A DNA stretch of 64,000 nt from Sphyrna mokarran. Taxonomy: Eukaryota. Each line of letters opens with the position of its first letter. Positions within the stretch are counted from its first letter, which is position 1. The position numbers and the translations under genes were made by a program. Under the pieces are notes generated by a model. The model had not been told where the DNA came from. It worked only from the letters and a program-made list of their open reading frames with translations, and did not search any database. This document shows, piece after piece, positions 39,801-53,222 of the stretch. The DNA is taken from contig JAGIQG010000014.1 in the NCBI GenBank assembly GCA_024679065.1, positions 48,918,001 through 48,982,000 of the forward strand, given 5' to 3'.

Positions 39801-40129
39801 CTGTGAATTTTAATCTGTGTATACAGAGAGAGGCAAAAATAGCTGAGTTGGACCAACCACACGTTTGTCGAGTTTAAAAACACCCCACAGAAATGGTCGC
39901 TGAAAGCATAGGCTCAATCTGTATATGGATGGGGGTGGGAATTGCTGGTCAATGTAGGAATTCCCGGGAAAGGTCAACTCTCGTAATGTTGTTCCCAGAG
40001 GCGCAGTTCCAACTGATTGAAAACACACACCACCCTGTGCCCGCTTCCTTAGCCAAGAGCAACTTGAATTTACATCAGCAAATATTTACTTGTTACTTGA
40101 ACGTTGCACTTCAATGATTGGTTTGTTGA

Positions 40130-40730
40130 CCTCGATTTGCTCGCACCGGGCACCTTTTCCTCCCCCTGTTGCTGATCAAGTGTGAGCTTGGGGTGAACAA
40201 AGCAGCGGCTGTCAGGGATTTATTTTATGTGTGAGAAACTTTTTTCGTCGTGGTTTTGCTGGAGGGGTGCTGGCGGGCGGCGACAGGAGGAAACGGCCTC
40301 TTCTCCCCCCGCCTCCTCCTCCTCCTTCACACCGAGAGAGCTGCATGAATCCCTGCAACACGGCGAGAAATGCTGCGGAATCTCGCAGTGGCGGCGGCGG
40401 CGGCGGGGGACGGTGCCCAGGAGCCAGGTGAGTCTCTGCCCGCTGCCAGGGGCAACCGGGGAGGCAGGCGCCGCGGAGGGGAGCTAAAGACAGGGGTCCT
40501 GAGAGCGCGAGCTGCAGCTGCCGTGGCGCCCGTGCCGAGGCCCCGCGTCCGGGCGATTGACAGACAGTGTGAGAGAGAGAGAGATATTGAGTGTGATTGA
40601 GAGAGAGTTCCAGCACCCCTCTCACTGAGCGGCCAGATAGCAGCTTTTACCGTCCCCTCATCCCCTCCACCCCACAACACACGCAGTCCCTACCGCCTGC
40701 TCCATCTGCGGGGCCGGGATGTGGGCAGTG
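40130..40730 (+). promoter_or_regulatory. CpG island / promoter and first exon of the KLHL3-type gene
   Basis: Abrupt GC- and CpG-rich block with GC boxes and (GGC)n, a reverse CCAAT just upstream (~40117), and a strong donor CAG|GTGAGT. Confidence 0.8.
40345..40427 (+). CDS. KLHL3: Kelch-like protein 3, putative first coding exon (MNPCNTARNAAESRSGGGGGGGRCPGA, phase 2)
   Basis: ATG 40345 to donor GT 40428 is 83 nt. Phase 2 joins exon 60059 in frame (AG+C = Ser). Peptide itself not recognised. Confidence 0.6.
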
Positions 40731-40763
40731 GGATACTGACACCTTCACATGCTCTATCCCAAA

Positions 40764-40883
40764 CCCCCCCTGGCTCTACCCCCACACTTCCCCCACCCCC
40801 GGCTCTATCCCCCTCCGCTGTATCCCCCAGCCCCCGGCTCTACCCCCTCTACCCCCCCCCACCACCGGCTCTACCCCTTCTAC

Positions 40884-40917
<34 letters not shown>
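40764..40917. repeat. C-rich minisatellite (ccccggctctacccc units) ending in a C33 run
   Basis: Four ggctcta(c/t)ccc units; poly-C 40885-40917. Confidence 0.85.
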
Positions 40918-41084
40918 TTCCTCTTGTGTATACACAATTCTCTAACCAATGCTCAGGATTCCCTTCACACACATTGTTAGCCACTTTTTAACACTTGAAT
41001 AGCAGGTTAGATGTAAGGATTCGCATTCTAATCAGCAATCTGTAACTGTGTGGCTATGAGTGCCTCTGCAGATCAGAACCCTGC

Positions 41085-41220
41085 ATTTGCCTGATGAAGG
41101 CACAACATAGTGTTGAAAGCTCGTGGATTTACAATCAAATAAATTGGTTGGATTTAAAATTGGTGTTGCAAAACTTTACTGAGTTTACCCCAGTCCAATG
41201 CCGGCATCTCTATATCATGA
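41085..41220 (+). mobile_element. Penelope pseudo-LTR fragment with hammerhead-like core
   Basis: ctgatga 41091-41097, gaaa 41115, then ttaccccagtccaatgccggcatctc. Confidence 0.7.
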
Positions 41221-41919
41221 CTGCTTTTCTAAGACAGTGGGAAGTGTAGATGGAATCCACAGATGGGAAGCTGGTTTGCATGATGGATTGGGCTGCATTC
41301 ATGACTCTTTGTAGTTTATTCTAGTATACCAGTTACACGTTTGAATTGACATTGCACCTCTGTGCCCCATTCTCTTTCCCATTTTTGAAGATTTGTTGAA
41401 AAGTTTTCTGGTCACGATGGTATTTTCAACTGCATTGATTTCTGGAGGAAATTTTTAACAAATATCTTCTGAACTTGACACAGCAGTGTAATTTGTAGGA
41501 CTTTCAAATAATATTTGTGAGGAATTTGAGAGATACTGAAAGCCATCATTGCTAAGTCTGGATCATGAATGTATAAAAACCAAATCTGAGGTTCGGACAA
41601 TCCCAATACACCACAAATCCAATATAAAGCAGCATCACTACTAATGGTATTCTGTATTTCAATATTTCTGCTTTAGATTGGGTAATATCATTTGAAAATG
41701 TCACACTGTTAATTTATCTAGTCTGGTAACAATGGTGTTTATTGGCTGCAGCCAAAGTTTAACTTACTTAGCTGTATTTTTGTGTCCTCTTGCACTTGTA
41801 CCTTTCAGCCAATAATTGTGAAAGTTGGTCTGGCTGCCTTAAGTTATTCTGCTTCTCATTGCAAACTGAAGCTGAGGAAAGATGAATTGGTGAAAGCATA
41901 ATAACTTGTTGGAAAAGTT

Positions 41920-42460
41920 TTGGGAGTATTGTGTGCAGTTTTGGTCTGAGAGAGAATTTATTTACAGGGCATGCAGCAAAAATTCACCGGACTGTCTCTG
42001 GGATGGCAGGATTATCATATGAGGAAAGATTGACTTGATTAGGTTTGTGTACACTAGAGTTTAGAGGAATGAGAAGATCTCTTTGTAATGTATATAATTC
42101 TGACAGGGCTGGACAGAATAAATGCAGGGAGGATGTTCCCCTGGGTGGGGGTGGGGTATGGCTCTAGAACAATGGATCACGGTCTCTGGATATGGGGTAG
42201 GCCTCTTAGAACTGAAATTAAGACAAATTTCTTTACTCACAGGATAGTGAGCCTGTGAATTTTCTGTCACAGAAAGCTATGAAGGTCAAGTCACTGAATA
42301 TATTTAAGAATAAATATGTAGATTTCTAGACCCCAAAGGTGCCCAGGGTTATGAGGAAAGGTTGGGAAAATGGTGCTGAGATTAGAGGATCACTATGATT
42401 GTATTGAATAGTGGAGCAGGCTTGAGGAGTTAAGTGGTCTACTCTTATTTTCTATGTTTC
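41920..42460 (+). mobile_element. CR1 3' fragment
   Basis: gagtattgtgtgcagttttggtct (EYCVQFWS) through the tail. Confidence 0.8.
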
Positions 42461-43037
42461 AATAATTTTGGGGAAGAGATATGAGATTATGTTATGTTTA
42501 TTACACTCATGAAATACCATGAAAAGTTTTAATGTTTAAAGATGCTATATATGAGGTAATTGTGGTTGAGATATATTTAAGTTCTAGCATATCATGGTTC
42601 ATCTAAAATAAAAATGTTCATTCACTTTTGTAGAATGTTTACACCACAGACGGGTGACTTTTGGCTTGTTGAATCTGTTACAGTTCTCGGCAAAAGCAGT
42701 TTCTTCCAATGTGATTTTACTTTCTTATTGTTGTTGATGATGGCATAAACATAGATTTCATTGTTTTCAGTTTTCTTCCTGTCCTGATGGTGAAAAGGAT
42801 TCCGGGCTTTAATTGCTGGTTATGGTTCCGAGGATGTCAGAACCTTTTTAAATAACTTTTCCAACTAGTAATTTGTCATACGTAAGTCTAAGAATCAAGT
42901 CTTAAGAGACTGTTCTCAGGCCTATAACTCCATCTTGTCGGCAATCAGTTTCTATAAACATGTAAGTTTTTTGCGCAGTCGTTGGAATGGAAACCCTAGG
43001 CTGTTTTTTTCATTCCTATCCCATTCCTAGTCCAAGG

Positions 43038-43845
43038 ATCCAAGGCAATACACCAACTCTTAATTCGGCTAATAGCTTGAGAGTCAGTGCAGGCCATATT
43101 TTTTTTAAACCTGGTGTTATATTTTTGCAGTCTATCGGCATTGAACAATCACAACCAATGTCAGAGTTTTAATATCGAAATAATATGAAAAAAATATTGT
43201 CGTCTGAAATGAGATTACTGAGGATGGAATATTTTTCCTCAATATTTCTGTTGTCTGAAATTGCAGATAATTAGCTTGCACTTTTCACAACGATACAATT
43301 ATGACAGAGCAAGTGTTTGAAAGTTTGTATGTACTTTATTTATTTTTAAAATATAGTCAACTTTAATAACTTTAAATGCATCTTTCGACAAACTGTTCCA
43401 TCTGCCTAACAATGTAGGAAATTTCTGAGGAATGCCCTTTCATTAAGAGCAGGACAAATCCAGTCTAGCCCATTAGTCCACTTTTAATCATTGACAAAGA
43501 TATTGCAGGAGTTCTATCAGTAAAGACCTGCACACTGATGCTCAGTTTGGGTTCTGTCAGGGTTACTCAGCCTCATATCCAACTATAGTCCCCGAGTCTC
43601 TCTGGACTCTTAGTCCCCAGAAGAGACAACAGAAATATTGAGGAAAAAATATTCCATCCTCAGTAAATCTCATTTCAGACGACAATTTTTTTTCATATTA
43701 TTTCGATATTAAAACTCTCTGACATTGGTTGTGATTGTTCAATGCCGATAGACTGCAAAAATGTAACACCAGGTTTAAAAAAAATGTGGCCTGCACTGAC
43801 TCGCAAGCTATTAGCTGAATTAAGAGTTGGTGCATTGCCTTGGAT
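43038..43845. repeat. Inverted duplication: arms 43038-43256 and 43624-43845
   Basis: For example gcagtctatcggcattgaacaatcacaaccaatgtcagag vs ctctgacattggttgtgattgttcaatgccgatagactgc; ~220 bp, high identity by eye. Confidence 0.95.
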
Positions 43846-45109
43846 AAGTCATAGTGCAGGCTTGAAGAGCTGAATTTTCTTGTCATTTTCTTTGTCCTTT
43901 GTTCTGATTGGTTCTGGAACCAAAAATGTGTTGTCCTAAGGAACTATTCTGAATACTGTTACAAAACTGATGATAGTACTGAATGTAACCAGGCTGGATA
44001 AATCGTAGTTTTCTATTAGACACCATGGAGGTGAGTTGCAGAACAAATTGATAAGAATTTCCTAATAAACTTTTAGCAAAAAGATTAAAACATTTTATTA
44101 AACAAGAGAATGAATTGTATTACACCAGGCCAATAAAGATTGGAAATATCCAAAAATGAACATAAGAATAATTCAAATATTCCCAATCCATCACCCTAGT
44201 TATAACTTTACAGATGTGTACAATTTTGAAAAGATAAAACAATCTACCATGTCTCCCGTGTACTCTAATAATCAGAATACATATGCAATACATGTGAACC
44301 AATTGGCGAACTGTGGTCAGACGCATCAAAAGACATAACATATATGACCAAAGTAGATTATATAGGTTTCTTGCACTGTGAGCCAACTCATGGACGATTT
44401 TAATCCACATGTGAACTGGAAAAATCAGATTGGCTGCAGTAGCCTGATTACAGAGTTCATTGACTGCTTCCAAGATAGTTTTGAATCAACCAGAGAAATG
44501 GTTATATTAGACTTGACTTTGTACAATGTGACAAGGTCAAATAACGACCTTGGGTAATCCGTGGTAGCAGCAACTACAATGTGATTGAATTTTACATCCA
44601 CTGGGAAAGAAGGAAGAATGGGTCTAGAGACTAAATTCTATGTAATATTATTGATTGTTGATCTAGTATCTGCTATTTATATCATTGCATAGATGATTTC
44701 CACATTGGTAATATTATTCACATCTGAACGTGGAATATCTGTTCACTTCAGAGAATTCAAGAGTTTTGTTAAAGAAATTCAAGATATTGTATTTCTTGTC
44801 ATAATTGCAGTTAATCCAGAGCTGGTGTAATATGAGGATATTACTGCAGAGAAGGCGTCCATTTGATCCATCGCATCTGTACTGAGCTTTTTGAAGAGCT
44901 GTGCAGTCAATCACATTTTCCTGCGCTTCCTGTCCTTGCAATTTTCTCTTGTTCAATTTTTTTTATCCAGTTCTCTTTTGAAGACTGTTGTCAGGTTGTG
45001 CATTCCAAGTCCAAGCAACTTCTGAAAACAAAAATTTCCTCATATTAACTTTTTTTTATAACAGTTTCTTAAACTGTCCTCTTGTTGTCAATCCTTATGG
45101 TCACTGGTT

Positions 45110-45455
45110 TTGATTTGATTTATTATTGTCACATGTATTGTTTCTTGCATACTATACAGACAAAGCATACTGTTCATAGAGAAGAAAAGGCAAAGGTGCA
45201 GAATGTAGTGCATACAGTCATAGCTAGACAAACTTAATGTGAGCTAGGTCCATTCATTGATGGCAGCAGGGAAGAAGTTATTGGTACATGACCTCAGACC
45301 GTTGTATCTTTTTTCTGACAGAAGAAAATGGAACGGATGATGGAAGAAGATATTTGGGTTGCGTGAGGCCCTTAGTTATACTGGCTGCTTTTCCCGAGGC
45401 CTTGCGAAATGTAGACAGAGTCAATGGATAGGAGACTGGTTTGCATGATGGTTCT
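45110..45455 (-). mobile_element. Rex/Babar-type LINE 3' fragment
   Basis: Shares tgatggcagcagggaagaag and flanking sequence with 1464-2225. Confidence 0.65.
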
Positions 45456-47834
45456 TTCAATTTGCCCTATCTCAGCTCTTCATTTAACTCTAAGTAATTT
45501 ACCTCATCCCTGGGAACATTCGAGATCATCTCTTTTATACCTTCTCCAGACTTTTAAGTAATGTTAATGTTGTGATGTCACCTCAGTGATAAAGCAAGGC
45601 TATTTGTTTAGTATTTAGAGGATAAAGTGGATGTAACTTTGAATGACTAGAATGTAGCGTTAAATTCAGTAGTAGTTTTCAAAAGAGGATTGGGTAAATA
45701 CTTGAAGGAGGAATAAATGCAGGGCTATGGAGAAAAAGCAAGGTAAATGGCTCTGCTCTTCAAAAGGCTTCCGTCTTTCCTAATTTTATTATACTTACCT
45801 GACTTTATAAAGAAATTAATACTTGAATAAGGCAATGAAATAAATGGAAAACTAGATTAATAATGAGCAAAATACTGTACAACTTGACTTAGAACATAGA
45901 CTTTTGCAAAATGTGCACCTGTTCCAAATATGGAGTTCCATGGACTTTGTTGGATCCTTTATTCCTGTAGAGATTATTTGATCTAAATCTGGCTGTTGAT
46001 GCATTTTTATCAGTATGTGTGTTTCCAAAATTATTTTCGTTGCATTATACACTCTAAAACATCACCACAAATGTAGGCGGGGGGGGGAGGGAAGATGATA
46101 CAACAAGAAATTGGGATTCTTGAATTCTTTTTATGCTTGGATTTAACTTTTTCTGTTGTAATTGATGTTACAACATGACCTCCATGGCATCCTGACTCCC
46201 ATTCAGACTTCTGCCATGATTGTTGTTTCTTTCATTTGTTTAATATTGTTTGGCATTCTGGAAGACATTTTAATTAATCTTTTGCGGTAATGCAATTTTA
46301 AGACTAGTAAGTGAAATATACTGTTTTGTTTATTTCAATTATCTGTTAAATTAATTTGAGATTGTGCAAACAAAGCCTCCTGTGCTTAATGTTCGACTAC
46401 CTATACTGGATAATTTGACATTTTTTCAGGTGGAATTACATTAGGATTAAGCAACAGCTATGTATTGGTAGCATATTTTGATTCCAGATATAGAATAAAA
46501 ACACCACCAGACCAAAAAGTTACATATTCTGTCTGATCCCAGGTTTAATCTTAGCTTTGCACAATTCAAACTTAGTTGAAACTGACAAGGTCAGTGGTTG
46601 AGATGCTGCAAATCGTCTGATTTTATTTTTCTTCTTTCCGTTGAGTCTGGATCTTGCCTGAACACATGAGATGGTGCAACATAACCCATGCCCACCACCC
46701 CTAGCCACCGCCACCACTGATAAAAGGCAAAAATCAGTATTAAATCAGAGTGTGAGTCTGGATTAATTGAACAGATTCTTCCAGCACGTTCTCAAAATGT
46801 AAAGGAGTTTCACAAACTTGCAATTCTTTCACAGATAACTTGTAGCAATATTAAAGACCATTAAAAAATGGTTTATGTGCAAATATAATTTTAAATTCTG
46901 ACCCTGAAAAATGATTAATTTCAAGGTTGCTTGTGCTGTAATAGTATTGGCATAACTCCGTTTAACTTTGTACTAACAGTGAGGTTATAATGCGTAAGTG
47001 GAAAATTTAGTCTAACAATACCATGATGTAAATATATGCATGGAGTAAATATTGGAGTATTCCCTTACTTTAAACTTACTGAGTTAGATTTTGACACTGG
47101 TAAATGTGTTTTAGTTTATTTCTTCATGATGTGATTGTTGGGGAAAATTATTTCTTATTGATAGTTCCACTGTTTGCTTCCACAGGAGTGAAGCATCCAT
47201 TCAGCTTTCTATTGGCCTGTTTTTTATAAACTAAGGAAGTAAACTGAATGGAAACAAATATTGCAGACTGATTACTTATTTGTCACCTACCTGACATGTA
47301 TAATTAATTGATTCAGAAAGACTGCCTTCTCTGCCTCTGACAGTTAATATATTCCTAGTTATAAAAATGATAATTCTCATTCCAAGTCTTTTATGTTAAA
47401 AATAATCCATGAGAGAATTTCTTTGAAATTCAAAGTGGACTTCACACTTCCTCTAAAGACATCCAGAAATTTACATGACATCCTTTCAAAAATCAGTGTA
47501 ATCATTTCTTTATAAAATACCCTTAGGATTATCTCTTGATGTTTCTGATACTTGAGAATCACCCCTGTGGCTGTCATAAAGCAAGTTAATTAAAGAAGTG
47601 GAGCCAAATTCAGTTTTTTTTACATACAAATGTCAAATCATATGTTGTGTCTGTAGTTATCATCGATAATTTGATAAATTAAACTTGTCCTGACCAGTAT
47701 GAAAAATGAAGCATTGATTTCAAGACCAAACTGATACCAGTGTGACATTTAGAAGATAAATCAGAAAATACATGCTTATAATCCTTAATCAAGTCAAATA
47801 CTTGAAAAATAATGCAAGTTTTACCATCTTCTAA

Positions 47835-48052
47835 CTGGGGAGTTAAAATGAGACCTTATCTGCCTGTTTTAAGATTTCATGGCAGAGGATAACACAGTTC
47901 TCCTGATATCTTGTTCAATATTATTCACTTAATGAACACCACCAAACATGTTAACTGGTTGTTTATCTTATTGTTGTTTGTGGGCCCAAAATAACGGCTC
48001 CATGTAACAGTGACTGCAAATGTGAGAAGATACAATTTAAATACAAGTTATT
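47835..48052 (+). mobile_element. Deu-domain SINE remnant
   Basis: Degenerate match to 25945-26300. Confidence 0.5.
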
Positions 48053-48689
48053 TTTCTAAAATTCCAGTTGTCAGATGTTGGGCCCAGTCAACGAATTAGA
48101 AATTTCGTGCTCCTCCTCACCCTGCCCTATCCCTCCCTCAAGCCCCAGGTCTCTTGAGCATTGCATTCAATGAGCCTCCAGCCAGCCTATCCCTTTGCAT
48201 TGCATTTCAAAATGTCTCTGGTCTATTAAATATGATCTTTCTTGTTCACAGTCTTATCTCAAGAGGAATACCTTAGCATTTTAAACCTAACGTAAACTGG
48301 CTGTTAGATGGTAACTCCTTCCCCCTCACTGATGCCACATGCACTGTTCCATTACGATTCTTGGTCCAACCGTGTGGTAGTGACAGCTGAGCATTCAACT
48401 GCCTTGACTTTACTTGAACTCCGACTCATTCTCCACATGTGAACATTTCTTCTGCACCACACTTTGTACCTCCTCTTCAAGAGCCTCATGTACCGCTTTC
48501 CCCCTGCTCTCAGGGACCAGACACAGTCATCAGTAAATTCTCACCTATCCATTCCCAGTCTCTGCATTGAAAGATCTTTATCTTGTATAAATTCAACTAC
48601 CACAAGTTCATTCCCATCATTCCATAGTTCATTTACTAACCCTCCTGTCTTCCACGTGCACTCTCCCATAAGCATAACTGTTATGGATA

Positions 48690-49630
48690 CAAGATTGGAT
48701 AACTAACAGAAAACATGAAGGTTATTTTCAGGTGTGCAAACTGTATCTAGTGGAGTCCCACAGGGATCATTTAGCCTCAACTATTTACGATCTGTGTTAA
48801 TGACTTGGATGAAGGGATGGAGTATTGTAGTCAAATTTGCTGATGGAAAACAAGTTGTGACAATGCAAGGAGTCTGCAAAGGTATATACATTGATTAAGT
48901 GAGTGGGCAAAAAAATTGGCAGATGTCATATAATGTTAGAAAATATGAGCTTGTCCATTTTGGTTAGAAAGTATGAGCTTGTTCATTTGGCAGAAAGAAG
49001 AGAAAAGAGATAATGTTTTAAATGAAAAAATGCTGCTGAACAGAGTGATCTAGGTACATAGGACATTACAACGTAGTACAAGCCTTTCGGCCGTCGATGT
49101 TGCACCGACCTGTGAAACCAATCTAAAGCTCATCTAACCTACATTATTCCAGTATCATCCATATGTTTATCCAATGACCATTTAAATGTCCTCACTGTTC
49201 GTGAGTCCACTGTTCGTGAGTCCACTACTAATGCGGACAGGGTATTCCACGCCCTTACTACCCTCTGAGTAAAGAATCTTTCTCTGACATCTGTCTTATA
49301 TCTATCAACCCTCAATTTAAAGCTATCCCTTGTGCTAGCTATCTTCATCCAAGGAAAAAAGCTCTCATTGTCCACCCTATTTAATACTCTAATCATCTTA
49401 TATGCCTCTATTAAGTCACCTCTTAACCTTCTTTCTAACGAAAACAGCCTCAAATCCCTCAACCTTTCCTCTTAAAACCTTCCCATCGTACCAGACAGTA
49501 TGAATTGTAAAATGTAAGCATTCAGATACAGTAAGTAATTAGGAAGGCAAATGGCAGTTAGCCTTTATTGCAAAAGGTGGATTTATTGTAAGATGTGGAA
49601 TATAAAGCGAATGAAATTTTGTTGAACTAT
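48690..49630 (+). mobile_element. CR1 RT fragment with a younger minus-strand CR1 3' end nested at ~49058-49496
   Basis: agtggagtcccacagggatc (SGVPQG); minus ORF 49139-49462 LRLFSLERRLRGDLIEAYK. Confidence 0.85.
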
Positions 49631-49639
49631 ATTTGTTTA

Positions 49640-49895
49640 ATTTATCCGTGTCACAAGTAGGCTTACATTAATACTACAAAGAAGTTACTGTGAAAATCCA
49701 TTAATCGCCACACTCCAGCATCTATTCGGGAGAATTTAGCATGTTCAATGCACCTAACCAGTACGTCTTTCGGACTGTGGGGGAAACTGGAGCACCTGGA
49801 GGAAACTCACACAGACAAAAGGAGAACGTGTTGATTTTGCACAGATAATGACCCAAGCCCAGAATTGAATCTGGGTCCCTGGCACTGTGTTGCCC
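49640..49895 (-). mobile_element. V-SINE variant
   Basis: gtgtcacaagtaggcttac tail and antisense V-domain. Confidence 0.8.
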
Positions 49896-51721
49896 AGTAC
49901 AGAGCATTGAGGATTTAATTGGAGTTCTGCGAAAGGTGAGAACACATTTGGGATAAGACAACATGTTCCAGGTCTTTGAAAAGTTATGTGAAACTGGAGA
50001 TGGGATAGTAGTTTGCAAGGATGGTGAAGTTGAGGCTTTTTTTTTTGGGAAAGGAAGTGATGATAGATTTAAAAGAGAGAAAGTGTGAGAAACATCTAAA
50101 AGATTAAACAATTGAGATTAATTATGATTGTAAATGTTTAAAACTTTGGGAGAGGAATTTCATTTCCTCAGATTTGTAATTTACAGGAAAGCCTTAATCT
50201 AAAATTTCAAATTTCCTATGACTGTCACAATGAATCCTAATCAACATATAAATAATATTTTAAGAAAATTAATACCAGGATCGTGATTCTGTTTGAATCT
50301 GAATCCTTAATTATTGCAAAAGGTACAGCGGAAGGCTGCCTGAATCAATTTTTTTTAGTCAAATTTACTCATTAAAACAAAATCAGCACTCAAATATATA
50401 TTAAAACTAAAGGGAGAACAATCACCTTGTTTCTTATTCATATCTATGACATATTCAAGAATAGCTTGACTTTGAAGAATTAAAGATTATATGCTCACTT
50501 TTTTGAATTATTCCTTTGCTCTCTGTAAGCCAGGTAGTTAATATATATATGCATTTGGAAATATACACTACTAAGATGGAGCAGTTATTATGGAAAACTA
50601 GCACTATTTTCATACTAGGCTCTTGAACATCCAATTCATTTAAAAGAAATGTTATCAATAGTATCAAAACTCTAGTGATTGAGTTAGTAAATCTTAGTCA
50701 GAGTAATAAACTGGTCCTAGAGTCCCTGAACTGAGGGAAAATCAGGCAGAATTTTCACTTCTGACAGTTCATGATGAAACTTGCATGTGTGGACCATAAT
50801 GAGAATGATTTTAATCTTAGAATGGTACACATTTTGGACAGTCTACACGAACGACACTTAACAACTGAATAATAGCCGCCCAGTAAAAGACCAGTTATTA
50901 ATATTATCTAATGCTGAATATTAATGGGCATGGAAAATGTGAGATAGGATGCATATCCAGTCAGTGCCTGTTAATCTATATCTCAATAAAGAGAGAGCCT
51001 GTTTAGGAGAATAGATAAATTGTTAGAAAATCCAAAGATTAGACTGCAATTGTCCCTGAAATGAATCAATCTGCAAATCATATTGAAATTTTTTGAGGAG
51101 ATATAGAAGGCCTTGATATAAAAACAGAAAATGCTGCCAATTGCAATACTGCAGCAAATTAGACAAAAGAGAGGATGGATCACATAAATGCAAACTTATA
51201 TACTAACATCTCCAGTCTGAAATGTTTGGGACCAAGATATTTCTGAATGAGAAAACATTCTAATATCAAGCATGCGAATTGGTATAAATATTTACCCTTA
51301 ATGTAAAGCAGTGATAGAACATTATAAAGAGTAAAAAAAGTTTAATTTATCCAATTATTGTAGAGCAGATGATGCAATTTGGACAGTATTTATATTAATG
51401 GTACTGGCAGTAATAGCAATGGTGGTAACTTTGGCAATAGCCATTTCACTAGAATTATTTAAAACCACTGGAGCCATAGTTTGTCGCTGAGCATTCTGGA
51501 TCTATACTTTCGAAAGGTTCTCAATGCCGTACACTTACGTGATTTGCCAGATGGTGTCAAACACAGTGCCCTGAATATCATCTGAGTTGTATTCTGCAAT
51601 GGTGATAATTGAACATACTGCAATGCCTATTCTGGACAGTTTGCACAATAACATCTTGGCTGGTTTGAATGTTGTGGAATTGTCTAATTTGCCTCAGTAT
51701 TGTAGACAGCAGCTGTTGTGC

Positions 51722-52030
51722 AACATAGAAAGTAGGATTAGACAATTCGGCCCTTCAAGTCTCTTCCACCATTCAATATGATCATTGCTGATCCCTTATT
51801 TCAATGCCATATTCCCTTCTCTGTTTCCTGTTTGTCAACCAATTGTCAATCAATGCCAATATATCACTACCTATCCCATATGTTTTAAATTTGACCATTA
51901 ACCTGTTATGGGGACTATTTCAAAATCTTCTGAAAATCCAAATGCACCACATGCACTTGTTTTCCCTTTTCTGTTCTACTAGTTATATCCTCAAAATATT
52001 CCAGTAGATTTGTTAAGTGTGATTTACCAA
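51722..52030 (-). mobile_element. Internally deleted CR1 fragment
   Basis: 3' tail (aacatagaaagtagga) joined to antisense DFQK.FE.VPH RT sequence. Confidence 0.65.
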
Positions 52031-52582
52031 CAGCAAACTGCTGAAACTGACTCTGCTCTTGCAAGTTTAGTAAGGCATAGGACTAAGGAATATTTGCCTC
52101 GGAGATGGATACAATGATGGCTAATGATTCCTTGGTATTTTCTGAACTGAATGTGTTGGTGAATTCAGACTTAACGGTTTCTGAGTAATTAACCAGGTAA
52201 GTGCTGCAAGGGAGAAGCGGGGAGGCATTGGTAATGCAGATGGATGTGAAAGAGCAGGAATAGTTCATTTAAACCCTCAAGCCTGCTCTGGTACTTAAGC
52301 TCATAGCTGCTCTGATTGTAGTTCTACTTTCCTGTCTATCCCCATAATCTTTGACTCCCTTGTCAATCAAGAATCTATCTCATACAGCCTTAAAATATTC
52401 AGTGACCCTGTTTCCACTGCTCTCAAGAGGAGAGAATTTCATGGACTAACAACTGTCAGAGAGAAAAAGTTCTCCTCACAAGGTAGAGATTCAGGTATAT
52501 ATTTCAAAGAGGTGTGGAGATTGGCATCAAAATGATTTGACTTCCTTTCAAGGCTCTGCCATTTGAAGACGGGGCAAACTTA

Positions 52583-53222
52583 AAGGCTTATGGAGTCTTA
52601 GCTTTTATTGGTAGGGGGATTGAATTTAGGAGCCGCAGCATCATGTTGCAGCTGTACAAAACTCTAGTGCGGCCGCACTTGGAGTATTGTGTGCAGTTCT
52701 GGTCGCCACATTATAAGAAAGATGTGGAGGCATTGGAGAGGGTACAGAGGAGGTTTACTAGGATGTTGCCTGGTATGGAGGGCAGGTCCTATGAAGAGAG
52801 GTTGAAGGATTTGAGGTTGTTTTCGTTAGAAAGGAGGCGGCTAAGAGGGGATCTTATTGAAGCATATAAGATGATTAGAGGTTTAGATAGGGTGGACAGT
52901 GATAGCCTTTTTCCTAGGATGGAGAAAGCTAGCACGAGGGGACACAGCTTTAAATTAAGGGGTATGAGTTATAGGACGGATATCAGAGGTAGGTTCTTTA
53001 CTCAAAGAGTGATTAGGGAGTGGAATGCCCTGCCTGCAGCTGTTGTAGATGCGCCAAGTTTGGTGGCGTTTAAGAGGTTAATTGATAAGTATATGGAAGA
53101 GAAGGGAATGGTTTAGTTTGGAGGGGCATTGCTTTTTATTTTGGTCGGCACAACATCGAAGGCCGAAGGGCCTGTTCTGTGCTGTATTGTTCTATGTTCT
53201 ATGTTCTATGTTCTATGTTCTA
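52583..53222 (+). mobile_element. Young 5'-truncated CR1 (HER1-like) LINE
   Basis: Open frame KAYGVLAFIGRG...LYKTLVRPHLEYCVQFWSPHY...MEEKGMV, CpGs retained, (TTCTATG)n tail. Confidence 0.95.

Noticed and set aside
40212-40991. Pro/Gly/Ala-rich ORFs in the CpG island, including ATG 40370
   Set aside because: Products of low-complexity GC sequence; ATG 40370 gives phase 1 at the donor, out of frame with exon 2.
49192-49225. Short tandem duplications (also ~3853-3900, ~48938-48995, ~57765-57850)
   Set aside because: Ordinary local duplications inside dead repeats; no spacer structure, not CRISPR-like.
52643-53116. 157-aa ORF as a host gene
   Set aside because: It is the CR1 ORF2 C-terminus.
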